64,000 nucleotides of DNA from Octopus bimaculoides (taxonomy: Eukaryota): the NCBI RefSeq assembly GCF_001194135.2, contig NC_068991.1:40577068-40641067 (forward strand). The letters are read 5' to 3'. A program made the translations under genes and the position numbers. Numbering within the stretch: the stretch's first letter is position 1; each line of letters begins with the position of its first letter. The notes beneath the pieces were generated by a model that was given only the letters and a program-made list of their open reading frames with translations, ran no database searches and was not told the DNA's origin. Positions 37,196-52,100 of this stretch are shown here, piece after piece.

Positions 37196-40100
37196 NNNNN
37201 NNNNNNNNNNNNNNNNNNNNNNNNNNNNNNNNNNNNNNNNNNNNNNNNNNNNNNNNNNNNNNNNNNNNNNNNNNNNNNNNNNNNNNNNNNNNNNNNNNNN
37301 NNNNNNNNNNNNNNNNNNNNNNNNNNNNNNNNNNNNNNNNNNNNNNNNNNNNNNNNNNNNNNNNNNNNNNNNNNNNNNNNNNNNNNNNNNNNNNNNNNNN
37401 NNNNNNNNNNNNNNNNNNNNNNNNNNNNNNNNNNATATATACAAGAGGAAGTTTAAAATTATCTACACTTTTGCAAAAACTCTAGATTGGATGCACTGCC
37501 TTCAGTGCACTCATACTAAAAGGTGATATTCTTATGGTTATGTAACCAAGATTTGACCCTGATCACTCCAGTTTTCTTTCTTGTGTTACAGAGAAGACAT
37601 GGTTGCTTTGCTGGTAGTGTGAACCAAGGAAGAACAAAGATCAGTGATCTGATTTCTCTGGTCTGAAAGTGTATTAGGGGCTGAAGTTTTTTGCAGGCTT
37701 TCAGTACAAGATGGAGGTAGTGCTCTACCACATGGAAGTGCATATGAGTGGATCAAGAAGTTTTAAAATGGCCTGACAAGCATGAAGAGGGAGCAGGATA
37801 TTCATCAGCCCCTACCATTGACATAAAAATTCAACAAGCTTGAGAGATGGTTCTGGCAAACTGACGAGTAACTATCAATAAGATGGCATGTTCTGTACAA
37901 ATGAGCCATGGTCTGCATACAAAATCATCGACTTCCATGAATTCTGTATGAGATAGATGCAAAGAGAACTTACTGAAGGACAATTGTGTGGAAATCTGTC
38001 AACACTAATTTAACTGCTACAATGAAAGCAAAGCATTTTTTGTAGAGAATAGTCACAGGAAATGAAACTTTGAGCCAGAATCCAAGAGGCAGAGTATGGA
38101 ATGAAAACACCCAGAATCAGCAGCAAAAAAGAAATTCAAGACTCAACTTTCTGCAGAAAATGTGATGCTAACCGTCTTTTGGGATGCAAGTGATCGTGAG
38201 AAATGGTTAGCTGCACCTCTGACATGAAACAAATTATATCACATAAAGCCAGTACTGAGGCACATAAACTAAACTATGTAAACAACTGCTTAAGTTGGAT
38301 GTTGAAGAAGGAACCCTGTAATGTGCCCTCTGAATGAATCATATGCCATCATTTCTGGGAGGCAGAGATGAATATACAAATGGGAATCAGAACAACAACC
38401 TAAAATGATATATCGAATTCCCTAAAAGATCCTTCAAGTGAAGATTTTACCAGCACGCCACCTCATTCAGAAATATTACAAAACAAATATTATAAAGCAC
38501 ACAAGCTACATCAGGCAGTGTTTGACATCAGCTGCAAACTTACTAAAAATTCCAAACAATGCATATACCACCAAGAAATGCAAGCTCTGCATTGCAGAAA
38601 AGAATATAATTCCAAGGAATATGAAAAAAAAACAAGTTTAAATCTTTATGCCAAGAGGAAGATATTCACCTACAACAGCTTAAACAGAACATTAATAGCA
38701 TCAAATTCACTGGTCTCATAGTGCCCACAAAGATCATAGACACTGCCTCTTTCTCTAGACTCAGTAAGGGAAAAAAAGTCAGTCAGATCCACTTTAAAGA
38801 GAAACCTCACAAAAAAAATGTGGTTAGGATTAGGGTTAACTACAGATCTTTCCAGCTCATTCTTCCTAATTTTTAAGACTGAGAAGCTAAAATAAAAAGT
38901 TTTATATTTCTGTTTTTAACTTATGTTTTGGTGGAATATTGGTAACCATATAAAGCACACATACTATTATATTCCAATTTTACTTAGTAGTGCTGTTTTG
39001 CCTGTAATCTTTTTGAAATAAGTACCAGTCAAGTATTGGGATTGATGTAGCCCCCCCTCCCTTAAAATTTCAGGCTTTGTGGTTGAAATAGAAAGGGTTG
39101 TTATTAGTCTTATCCATCCTTCTCATCTTACTAACCTTCCCTCATAACCCTGCCTAGACTCTTCACCTACTCTCTCTCCTATCCTTCAGTTTTAGGGGTC
39201 ACTTTAGGCTCTTAGTCTTGCAAATTACAAGGTAATTTTCACTAGGGTTGGTACCATGAATAAAGTGACACTCTGTAAAATGGTTGACATTAAGAAGGGC
39301 ATCCAGCTGTTGAGACCATACCAAAGCAGATATTGGAGCAAGACATTGTCATTTCACTTGTCAAATCCTGTCAAACTATCCAACCCATGTTTACATAGAA
39401 GCCAGATGTTAAATGAAGATGGTGATGATGATGGTGTTAGTATCTGCAGTAGTGATTATTTTTATTATTTCAAGTCTTTTCTGTTTGGCTGCCACTTTTC
39501 AATTTCTTTAATTTTTGTTCCACTTGATTTCATATTTGGTGTATTGGTGTAGTTTTGTATGGTAATCATTGACATGAAATTTATTTTCACCATAAATCAA
39601 TAAATAAAGAGTTAATAGCTTTTAAAGTTTGCAAATTTTGAGTTATTTTAGCCAATCAAAAATCACAGACACATAGGTGCCTGTTTCCATAGTAACAAAC
39701 CAAGCTGCTTACCTCTCTGTTGCTGTCCTATCAAGGCACATGGTTATTTTTCACTTTTTAAATGCTTAAAACACAAGTTATGAGGTGGCCATGAGATGTG
39801 CTATAAAATAACAGCTAAATTAGGCCTTAAATCACACACCATAATTTTTGTTTGTTTTTGCATAATTGTATGAATTTCTGTGTGTAGAATACAAATTTGC
39901 AAAAATTTTTCTGAAAATTCCAGAAAATAAAAGGGTTATGAGGGGTTATTTGTCGTGTGTAAAGCAGAATTCCACCAGTATTTCATTTGTTTACAGTTTC
40001 ATATTAAAACATGCTATTTTCACAATTTTGGCAACTTGTGCAATCACACACAGAATGACAGCTTCCAAATCCTGTTTTCTGACTGGGTAAAAATGATCTG

Positions 40101-43100
40101 TAACTTTTTTTTTTAATTTTGGGGTAAAAAGTGAATTGGCCCCTGAGATTCAGCATGGAAAATTACATAAAAAAAATAAATTAAAAAATTTTCACTAAAC
40201 TCTAAAATTTCCACAGGTGCAGCCAAACAGAAAAGATCCATTATTTCTCCTCGTATTTACAGCCAGGTCACTGGTGTGTTGTTTAACTGATATAGTGGAA
40301 TAGACCTGGTGTAATAAAAGACAGAATCATTAAAACAAAAGTGAAGTAAATATAATGGTTTATTCTGTTATTGGTTTCAGTTATTAGCCTAGCAATTATG
40401 GTAGAAGAACCTCCTACAAGGGCATCTGTGGGTTATATTGTTCCAGTAATTTTAGTTATTCACCGTACAGTTTCGTTGCTTTATTTTATAAAGGGATGTG
40501 ACTCAATTCACTGTTTCACACCTCTGTGTGCAAATAAAGACACACACGCACATGTATATACATATGACAATTTCCACAGTTTCCCATGCCCCACATTTCA
40601 TACACTAAGAATTCATCAACCCAAGTCTACAACAGAAGACATTTGTACAAGGGATCTAAGTCAGAACCATTTAGTTGCAAAGCCAACTTCTTAATCATGT
40701 GGCAATGCTTATGCTGTCACTATTAACATATGCACATTTTAAATGTCTACCATGATTTAGTTGTTTCAGTTACAGTATACAATCTTAAATCAAGCAGCTT
40801 ATTAACCATGTAAAACTCATATTTTTGAATATCAAAATTTGTAATATATTATTGCATTGCAACACCTATTTGCAGTTCTAAAAAAATTATCTTTTTTTAA
40901 TTTGAACTAGATTAATCTAAAAGAACAAGAATTATGGGTAAAAAATGAGGTAACTAAACTGTTCCATTTTAGCTTTTTCTGTTTCTGCTTCTGTCATTTA
41001 TTTAGCAATCTTATTTCTTGTTCATTTTTGTTTGATATCTGTATCACTCATGTTTCATAACATAATAGAATTCTATTTCATTGCATCCCAAAGAATTTGT
41101 GGTACATTGCTTACTGTAGCAGTAATTATTTAACTGTTTGCTGTAGTATTCATGTTTGCCTGTTTGCTGTAGCAGTCATGTTTGTTTGGAGTAGCATTCA
41201 TGTTTGTCTGTCTGCTGTAGTATTCATATTTGTCTGTTTGCTGTAGCATTCATGTTTGCCTGCTTTCTGTAGCATTCATGTTTGCCTGCTTGTTGTAACA
41301 TTCGTGTTTGTCTGCTTGCTGTAGCATTCATATTTGTCTGTTTGCTGAGGCAGTCGTGTTCACCTGCTGTAGCATTCATATTTGTCTGCTTACTATAGCA
41401 TTCATATTTGCCTGCTTATTGTAGCATTCACATTTGTTTACCTGCTTGCTGTAGCATTCATGTTTGCCTCCTTACCGTAGCATTCATGTTTACCTACTTG
41501 CTGTAGTATTCATGTTTGTTTGCAGTAGCACTCATTTTTGTTTGCTGTATCATGTTTGCTTGCTTGTTGTAGCATTCATATTTGCCCGTTTGCTGTAGCA
41601 GTCATGTTTGTCTTTGTGCTGCAGTATTCATGTTTGCTTGCGTGTTGTAGCATTCATATTTATCTGCTTGCCGTAGCGTTCATATTTAACTGTTTGTTGT
41701 AGCAGTCATGTTCGCCTGCTGTAGCATTCATGTTTGCCTGCTTGTTGTAGCTTTCATGTTTGCTTGTTGTAAGGTTCATGTTTGTTTGCAGTAGCAGTCA
41801 TGTTTGTCTGTTTGCTCTAGCAGTCATGTTTGTTTGTTTACTGTAGTTTTCATGTTTGCCTGCTTGCTATAGCATTTATGTCTGCCTGCTTGTTGTAGCA
41901 TTCATGTTTGTTGCCTGCTTGCTGTAGTATTCATGTTTGTTGCCTGCTTGCTGTAGTATTCATGTTTGTCTGTTTGCAGTAGCATTCATTTTTGTTTACT
42001 GTATCATGTTTATCCTCTTGTAGCATTCATGTTTGCTGTAGCATTTGTGTTCACCTGCTAGCTGTAGCATTCATGTTTGCCTACTTGCTGCAGCATTCAC
42101 GCTTGTTTGCCTACTTGCTGAAGCATTCATGTTTGCCTGCTTGTTGTAGTATTTACGTTTGTCTGTTTGCTGTAACATTCATATTTGCCTGCTTGCTGTA
42201 GCATTCATGTTTGCCTGCTTGCTGTAGCAGCCATGTTTGTCTGTCTGTTGTAGCATTCATGTTTGCCTGCTTTCTGTAATGTTTATGTTTGTTTGCTTCC
42301 TTTAGCATTCATGTTTGCCTCCTTGCTATAGCATTTGTTTGCCTGCTTGAAGAAGCATTCATGTTTGCCTGCTTTAGTATTCTTTGTTTCATTTCTTGAA
42401 TTCTATACTGTTCATATTCTCTTGCATGCTAACAAGTGTACATGTTCCATTGATCGTTGTATTCATGTTATTGAAGTGACATTTTTAGTTGACATTTTTA
42501 GTGACATTTTTAGGCAAAAATATAGCAACTGACTAAGTTACCTTAATCGTTTAGCATTTAAACTGGCCATACCCAGCTTCTCATATCTACCCTACAATGT
42601 CATTCCTGTTGTGACCAACCTGTCATTTTTTTTTTAAATCATAGTGTCAGCAGTACAACATTATCCTTTCTTTTTGAAGACGATAAGTTATGATTTGAGG
42701 AAAATTTGCCTACTATTTCTTGCATTTTGAGTGACTATATTGAGACTTCCTTGTTGGCTTTAGTTGAAATGTTAAATGTTGTCAGCAGGTCTGGTTGTGA
42801 TAAAATTAATGCTTTGTAACAGTGCTATGATAAAAATGAATTTTTAAAACATTCTAATAATTTGTTAACTAAAGGTACCACAAAATACAACAGTGTGTTT
42901 AAACAATGTTTTAAAAAATATAATCAAACAATAATCAAAATATTTTGATAAAGACTTTAATTTTGAATCAGTACTGAGAGAAAATTTCCAACATCTGTAG
43001 AAAAATCATTTTAGCTACCATATTCACTAACACACAGTTGTTCACTTCTCTCTGTCTCATTTTTTTTCTTTCTCTCTTTCTTTCTTTCATCTTTCCTTCC

Positions 43101-46100
43101 TTCCTTCTCCCCCCCCCCACTCACTCACACTGAGTCTGTCAGTTGACATAATGGTACCTAGGTAGAGTGGATTACAGAAAGTTAAAATATTTCTGTTGCA
43201 GTGATAAAATATAAACCATTGCCATGTTTGTCAGTATGCCAACATACTTGACTCCATTGTCATTTGTGCACACTCAAGAAAATGTTTGTAAAATTACTTA
43301 TTGTACAACTTTTACATGTATTAGGAAATTAAAGAGAAAAATATGCTTCTCAAGAAGTTGGACCATGAACTGGAATATGAACGACATCATTGCTTTGAAT
43401 TGGAATGTAATTTCAAAGCATACCAGAAGATTATTTCTTCAAAAGGTAATGTAACACAGCTATTCTTTCTAGATGTTCATTAGTGGCTGGCACTTCGTAT
43501 CATCATCGTCGTCATCATCATCATTTATTACCTTCTTTCACATGCTTGCATTATTGAGGTAGATTTTCTACAGCCTGATGCCCTTCCTGTCACCAATCCT
43601 CACTTGTTTCCAAGCAAAGTAATATTTCCTAGTTGCCGGACATGTTTTTTCATGGAAGACTCAAACAACATCACATGTCATTGAATAATTTATATATTGA
43701 TTCAATTAGTTACTTCTAATATTAATCACTCAAATAGGAAGACGGAGTGAATTCTATTGGGGTTTTTTTATGCAATCAAAACTATGCAGAGTTAGATATC
43801 TTGTTTCAGGACACATTTTCAAATTCACTATTTAGTATTTTTCCAAAAGTTGGTGGCTTTTACCTAGTTTAATAAAAATATTCAAATGTTTGTGTCTTTA
43901 TTGATTTTCATGATGAGAATTCCAGTTGTTTGATCAGAGGAACTATTTATTAATGGTGTTACATAAAAAGAACTGGTGATGGTACCATGTAAACAGCACT
44001 GGTGATGGTGCCATGTAAAAAGCCCCCAGTAAACTCTGTGGAGTGGTTGGCATTAGGACGGACATACAGCCGTAGAAACCAAACCAAAGCAGACTATGGA
44101 ACCTGGTGTGGCCTCTGACCTTACCAGTTCCTATCAAGCTGTCCAGCCCATGCCAGCATGGAAAAATGAACATTAAATATTGATGATGATCATGATGAAA
44201 TAAGTGAAAGTAGCTGAGTGTTCCACAGACACTTGTACCTTTAATATAATCCTCAGACAGTCTAGCAGCATATAACAAAGCTGTGTCTTTGAATTTTTAA
44301 GCACATTCATCATAGAAACTTCCACAGCATTTCAGTGTATCCATTTTCACTTACCAGGCAGCTATAGTACATGATAATTACCTATGGTGTTGCTCACTGG
44401 GATCGAACCTGGTATCTCATGATTACAAAATGAATTTCTTAACCATTTAGCCATAACAGCCACTGATCTTTCGCTTGTACATATTCTCTCATTATTTTAT
44501 GCATATTCTTTCATTATTTTGTATATATTTTCTCCTTACTTTGTACATATTCTCTTCCGCACGTGTACATATTTACTCATTATTTTGTATATTCACTTTA
44601 TTTTTCCTATTTCTATATCTTTTTTTTTTTCTTCTTTTCTATTTTCTGGATTCTTTAGATGACAAGATCCAAGAACTGAACAACCAAATTCGAGAATTGA
44701 AGAAGTTGCAAGACCAGATAGATGACTACCACAATCTCAAAGATGAATATGACAAACTAGAGGCTACTGCTACAAAGTATGTGAAATCAGTTCATTTGGC
44801 AGTGACTGCTGCTGTGGCGGTAGTGGCAGCTGCATTTGTTTCGGCTCTTTGCATTCTGAGTTCAAATCTCATTGTGGTTGACTTAGGTGGTTGTCTTTTC
44901 GGCACTGTAATATTCTTGTCACCACTATTATGTTGTGGCGATATTCCACGTCTTATTATCTTTGACTTATCTGTCATGCTATTGCTGATAGCTCCGCAAG
45001 ACAATGATTTTGTTATGTCTACATTGATGGTAACTCAAACTCATATATATCACGTAACTGACACTGACTCCAACTGAGAACTTGTACAATGACTCTACTA
45101 CTACTCACCTCCTACAACAACTGACTATCTGACTTTATAGTGGCTGATCATACCACTTTGTCATGTGAAAAATGTACCATTTTCACTACATCTCCCCCTT
45201 TAGTTTCTTTTTTTCTTTTTGAGAAGCAAGTAATTTTATTTAACTTTATTCTCCCCTCGTCCCTTTTTAGCATTTTTTTTTTCAACTGTAATGTTGTTGG
45301 TACCTGGAATGTATTATATAGCTATTCCATAGATTCTTCCAATCTGTTTGGTCCATTTTCTATGAATCTCTTCTTCAATTGGTTTCTGAGTTTTTTTCAG
45401 TACCTTTTCTGCTTTTAATTTCATATATCATTTTTCCTATGTACTTTATAATTTTTCCTTCTTCCTGGTATTGTTTTCCATTTTTATACGGCCTCATTTT
45501 GGATTGTCTTTCCTGGTACTTTTTCTTTCCTTGTCAGGTAACAGTTTATCAAAAACTGAATTCACCCTCCTTGTGAACATCAGTTCAGCTGGTGAGCTTC
45601 CTGCTGATGTATTGGGGTTTGGAGTCACCCTGTATACCCCTAGGAATTACTGCAGAGTAACTTCATCTGTGGCTTCCTTATTTGCTTTTCTCAAAGCTCT
45701 TTTAAAAGTGTCCACAAAATGCTCTGTCTGTCCATTTGATCTGGGATGGTAAGGTGCTATTGTTTTATATTCTACTGTGAACATTTCGTAGAATTTTCTA
45801 AATTCACTGGACACAAATTGTGTTCCATTGTCAGATACAATCACATCTAGGATGCCAAATTTTGTGAGTAATTCGGGCAAAAAATTTACTACAATTGAAG
45901 CAGTTGGTTTTTTACACTTTACAATTTCCAGCCATTTTGTAAAACTATCAACTACTACTAAGTAGTAATAACCATTTAACGGACACACAAAATCGATATG
46001 TAGTCTTGACTGTGGACTTTTTACTTCTGGCCAAGGCTCCCATTTTTTAGTAGGCAATTTCGCTGCTAGAGCACATCCTCTGCAGCATTTTACTACGTTT

Positions 46101-49100
46101 TCAACTTCCTTGCCATCTTCGGCCAATACACATAACTGCACATAAGCGCTTTCATCCTTGTGATCCCCAAATGTCCAATATGGAATTCTTTCAACATTCT
46201 TTTTTGTAGTGTCTCAGGTATCATTACCCTTTGACCATACATCAGTATGCCATCACATGTTTGAATATATGTTTACATCTTGTTTTTTTCTTACTGAACC
46301 TTTTTTTTTTTTGTTCTCTTTCACTGACCACAGAGATTTTTTATGTTCATTAATGAACTTTCTTTTGAAGTGTGTCACTTTATCTCCTCCAGAGTTATTG
46401 GTAATTCTCATACATTGTTCCACATTATGTGTTTAATTTCCTTTTCAGCTCTTAGGGCTGCTATTACTGTGTCCTCAAATGGTTCACCATTTCTGGGCAT
46501 TAACCTGGATAGGCTGTCAGCATATCCTAACTTTTTCAAAGGTAAATATTCCATAGCATAGTTGTGGCTTAGTAGTATGGTGCCCCGTCTCTGCAACCTG
46601 TTTGCTATATGTACTGGGATTCTTTTCTTGGATCCATAAATCATTAGCAATGGGTGACGGTCTGTTTGTAGTCTAAACTGTCTACCATGTATAAACCTGT
46701 GGAACATTTTTATGCTAAATATAATCTCCAATGCTTCTTTTTCAATTTGGTTATAATTTTTTTCTGCTGACAATAATGTCCTTGATGCATGAACTACGGC
46801 CTTTTGGCTGCTATCTTCACATTTGTTACCAACTAGCATCTGTTGCCAGTAGCATTTCCAACTTCAGATCGAAGTGTGTCAGTGACAAGTCTGAAGTTAA
46901 CATGCTTTTTAGTTCTTCAACTGCCTTCTGGCATTTTTCTGACCAAAACCATTTGGCATTCTTTTTTAACATTTAGTGAAGCTCTGTGTTGTGTATATTC
47001 GGGATGTGTACTTGATTGTAGCTTACCAAGCCTAAAAACACTTGTAATAATCTGATGTTTGTTGGGGGAAGCATATTCTGTATTACTTTGATGGGTCTGG
47101 CCTTCATCTCTTTTCATCAATTACTTGACCCAAATATTTGATTTTTTTCATCAAAAATTCACACTTTTCCTCTGTTAGTCTAAGCCTGTATTCATTTATT
47201 TTTCCAAATACATTTTAAATATGTCTGAAGTGTTGCTCCACTAACTCACTCTTTATCAAAATATCATCGAGATAAGCGAAAGTGAAGTCGCAATCATTTA
47301 ACATTGTGTCCATCAGTTGTTGGAATATGGCAGGTACCACTTTTACTCCAAAAGGAAGCCGCTTGAATTTATACAATCCACAGTGTGTTTTGATTGTTAA
47401 AAGCTATCGTAATCTTCCTCTACCTATATCTGTAGACAGGCCTCCAAGAGGTCTAACTTCAAGAAAATTTTTCCTCCATTTAGGGTTTGGGAACACTTCT
47501 GTGCTTGGTAATGCATAGTTGTGTTCAAGTAAACAGTCATTTAATCCAGGTGAAAAGTCCGCACGCACTCTTAGTTTATTATTTTTTTTCTTTACATAAC
47601 TATCAGAGTTGCCCAGTCTGAATGGTCGACCTTTTCAATTATAGCTAGACTTTCTAGTTTTTCTAGCTCTTTATTGACTGGTCCAATGCTACAAACAGCA
47701 TGTTTCATTTGGGCCTAAAAACAGGTGTTGCCTTTTCTTTCGCTGTGATCTTTGCTTTTGTTTTAGCACAACAGCCTAAACCTTCCAAAAACACATTTGG
47801 AAACAATTTTTTAATTTTCTATCTCAGTTCTTTGACTTCATTCATTTTAACTGTGCCAACTACATTTTCACAGAGAACACTAATGGGAGTATCCCACATT
47901 TTAAATAACTCCATGCGTTCTGTACCAAATAGGTTTAGTGATTTTTTTCAACACAAATGATTGTCCTTTTCATTTCACCTCAAAAAGTTACATTGCAAAT
48001 ACATTCGCCAATGAAATATAGTTTCTTTCATGTAACACCATATGTTACTTGATTTGATTTAAATAATTTCAGCTTACTGATTTGTCTCCATGTTTCTTCA
48101 TTTATGATAGTGATGTCACATTTATGATAGTGATGTCTAATTGTATTTTGATACTAGTGGTTTCAATTCTCACCTTGATGAATTTTCTGTTCATTGTACA
48201 AATTTTTTTCTCTGATGACTAATTTTTTATTTTCTCTCATTTGGTCCTAGTTCTGCAGTGCGATTTAATGTGTTTTGTGTTTCCACAATGAAAACACTTC
48301 ACTCTTTTGAACAGACACTCTTTTCTTAGGTGCCTACCACCACATGCCATATATGGGTTTATCTCCTGATGTATATCATGTTTTTTGTGAAACACTTTAT
48401 CCATCTTCTGTCTTTTTCACGCTGGTTTTATCTGTAAACAGTCTCTGCATTGGATTTCTTCTGTGTCATGTCTTACTTTTAATATCATATTGCACTCTTT
48501 TGATAGTTTCTGGTTCATTTCCAGCTTTGCAAAAATTTTTGTTTTGACTTCTGTGTCCTTTTTAGCAGTAAGTTCCTGAGCAAAAATCAGGCACATGAAT
48601 AAGACTGGAGTTAGTTTATCCAGTTTAAATCTCTCGCACTCTCTGTTCTCTCTACCTGCATATGTGGTTCCCATTGCAGAGCTTTCAAATTTCCAGAAGC
48701 TGCTTTTTTAAAGGGAAAATTACTATGCTTTCTTTTTTCCTCCCTTAATCTGTAGTTGCATTGCAAAAGTTTTGGACTATGTTTCCTTCCTGTTCTGTTG
48801 GATGGCTTCTATAGATATAACATGGAGTTTGAAATAAACTTAGGGAAGGGACTATCTGTTTTTCTGCATTTGATTTAGATGATAATGATCACTATTTTAA
48901 ATAAAACAGTATATGCCACCACACATCAACATTTTCAACTTGGAGTGGTTGTGACCAGGTTTGCCAAACGTATTTTGAAGAAAGTACCAGATTTAGCAAA
49001 AAAAATAAGTACCAAATTTTGCTCGAAAAGTGCCAAAATTTTTATTTGTAATATTTTGCCTATAAATCAACTGAAATGCATAATTTATATTATTTATAAT

Positions 49101-52100
49101 ATACAAGGCTTTATTTTAAAGTAACCTACACATATTCAATGTACTTACTTTATAATTAGAAGATTGCATCATCAACAGGGTGAGGTTCCTCTTTGTAACG
49201 ATGTCCTTGCCCTTCTTTTAATTTAGCACAAAGCTCTGCATTGGGTGTATAAGTTGTGCAGTTTACATCATGAAAAAGACTTTTTGAATGTAACCAAGCA
49301 TTAATTGTTTGGGTATGCAGTTTAGACCTATTCTTGACTTTAATGTTATTTAGGACTGAAAATATTCTCTTGGCTGCAGTTGAAGAATGTGGTAATGATA
49401 GGAGCTGAAACATAAAGCATGATAGGACTGCATAAAAAGCTTCATCTCCAGATTTTTCCTTAGAAATTTCAAACCAATAATCTTCTGGTTTGGTAGCTTC
49501 AGTTTTGTCATTGTTATCTTGAAGTTTAAGTTCACTCCATTCTTTATTAAGAGCTTCAATCTGACTCTCCTGAACAATATTTGGAAATTTGCATGCCAGA
49601 GGAACAATTGAACTTGGACCATTGTAATCATGAATACTAACTGGGTCTAGTGCCTCTAGAAGCTTCAGGTTAAGGAAGAAATCATATGCAAAGAAGTGCT
49701 GAAAAATTTCCTTTACAAGGCACACATAAAAATTTTATGTTTTTGCATGAAATTATCTCAATTCATTTGTACTAATAGATGAAACTTCCTTTATGTAGAT
49801 GCTTTCAGCTTTTGCTCCTCTGTAAATTTCAATTATGGGAAGATACACTAATGGATCATTGATATTAATTTCATGTAGCTCTTTATTTTTAACAATTTCT
49901 TTTTTAACAAAATTGCCAAGTATTCATTTAACAGTACATTTAATAGAATTGTGCAGTTTGTGCATTCTATAGCTTTCTGATTGGAAATCTAAGTTCAACT
50001 TAATAATATCTGGCAAAATATATGCTAAAGATGCATAATACATTTCTGTGATTGGATTTGTTAATGAGTTCAGCACATTTGAAGCTGCACTGTTGTTATC
50101 TTCAGTAGCAGCAGTAATAAAGAATAACACTAGAGCAGGCCACTGTTCTAGTATTCTTTTGACAACTTGTTCTAAAGATAACTTTCTTTTATTAGCCACA
50201 CAGGGCTGCACACAGAGGAACAAATACAACTGTAGAGCTTTTCTTTAAAAAANNNNNNNNNNNNNNNNNNNNNNNNNNNNNNNNNNNNNNNNNNNNNNNN
50301 NNNNNNNNNNNNNNNNNNNNNNNNNNNNNNNNNNNNNNNNNNNNNNNNNNNNNNNNNNNNNNNNNNNNNNNNNNNNNNNNNNNNNNNNNNNNNNNNNNNN
50401 NNNNNNNNNNNNNNNNNNNNNNNNNNNNNNNNNNNNNNNNNNNNNNNNNNNNNNNNNNNNNNNNNNNNNNNNNNNNNNNNNNNNNNNNNNNNNNNNNNNN
50501 NNNNNNNNNNNNNNNNNNNNNNNNNNNNNNNNNNNNNNNNNNNNNNNNNNNNNNNNNNNNNNNNNNNNNNNNNNNNNNNNNNNNNNNNNNNNNNNNNNNN
50601 NNNNNNNNNNNNNNNNNNNNNNNNNNNNNNNNNNNNNNNNNNNNNNNNNNNNNNNNNNNNNNNNNNNNNNNNNNNNNNNNNNNNNNNNNNNNNNNNNNNN
50701 NNNNNNNNNNNNNNNNNNNNNNNNNNNNNNNNNNNNNNNNNNNNNNNNNNNNNNNNNNNNNNNNNNNNNNNNNNNNNNNNNNNNNNNNNNNNNNNNNNNN
50801 NNNNNNNNNNNNNNNNNNNNNNNNNNNNNNNNNNNNNNNNNNNNNNNNNNNNNNNNNNNNNNNNNNNNNNNNNNNNNNNNNNNNNNNNNNNNNNNNNNNN
50901 NNNNNNNNNNNNNNNNNNNNNNNNNNNNNNNNNNNNNNNNNNNNNNNNNNNNNNNNNNNNNNNNNNNNNNNNNNNNNNNNNNNNNNNNNNNNNNNNNNNN
51001 NNNNNNNNNNNNNNNNNNNNNNNNNNNNNNNNNNNNNNNNNNNNNNNNNNNNNNNNNNNNNNNNNNNNNNNNNNNNNNNNNNNNNNNNNNNNNNNNNNNN
51101 NNNNNNNNNNNNNNNNNNNNNNNNNNNNNNNNNNNNNNNNNNNNNNNNNNNNNNNNNNNNNNNNNNNNNNNNNNNNNNNNNNNNNNNNNNNNNNNNNNNN
51201 GTCGTCTATGAAACGCCGGAGATGTCGCAGTCTCAGCGCATGTCTGTGCATCATCAACCACGGCATACCCAGCCCTCCATTTAGCAGCTGTTGACAGCAA
51301 ATGGATCGCCTAACCATCGGAACGCTTCCCTTCCACAAGAAGCGGAAGAGTATGCGTTCCAGTTTGGTGATGGTAGGGTCGGGACAAGGCACGACAGTCA
51401 GACGGTATTCGATGACGGATGCTATGTACGCGTTCGCCACCTCCACCCGACCTTTTAGGGATAGCTTCTTCTCAGTCCATTGCCGGGTGAGAGTGACCAC
51501 CCTAGTCGTTATTTCGCCCCAGTTCTTCTCCATTTGGAGGTCCGGACCGAACCAGACTGCAACTTACATGTAATAATTTATGAGGATTTGTTTGAATAAA
51601 TGCCTGAAATTCTTCATATTCCTGCAGTCTCTTTGGGCTATTTGAGAGGAATGAATATATGCTTCTAGCAAGTTCTAAGCATGAAGTTAATTCTGAACAC
51701 GCCTTTGATGTACAGATATGCATAGAGTGACAGACACAACCCTGAATAAAGAGAGAGGGAACTTTGTTCTTTAGTAATGCCTGCACACTTCCCTTCTGTC
51801 CCATCATTACACTAGCATTGTCACTGGCAAATCCTCTCAAATTTTCAAAGGGAATGTTATGTAAGGTGAAGAATCTTTCAATAGAGGAAAAAATTCCATT
51901 AGCAGAGCAATCCTTGGCTTCCAAAAGAATCAAACAACTATCAATAATTTTTTTGAGTGCTGCAATCATAAAATCTAGCTAACAGAACAAGCTGGTTTTT
52001 TTGTACTTACATCAGTAGTTTCATCAACAATTAATAAAAACTTGCACTCTTAACTGTTTAATGAGGTTTTCAAAGTAATAAGGGCCTAAAACATTTTATA

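Noticed and set aside
38822-38838. Telomere-like TTAGG(G) repeats
   Set aside because: Only two to three imperfect units; compatible with chance.
40381-40445. Alternative phase 1-to-0 exon (ISLAIMVEEPPTRASVGYIVP)
   Set aside because: Weak donor (CCA|gtaatt), no homology support, and c7 fits better.
41133-42375. CRISPR-like array
   Set aside because: Units are head-to-tail and degenerate with no unique spacers; no cas genes; eukaryotic context.
50172-51533. 453 aa and 351 aa ORFs as intact genes
   Set aside because: Mostly N; the real part is a Tx1/L1 LINE fragment.
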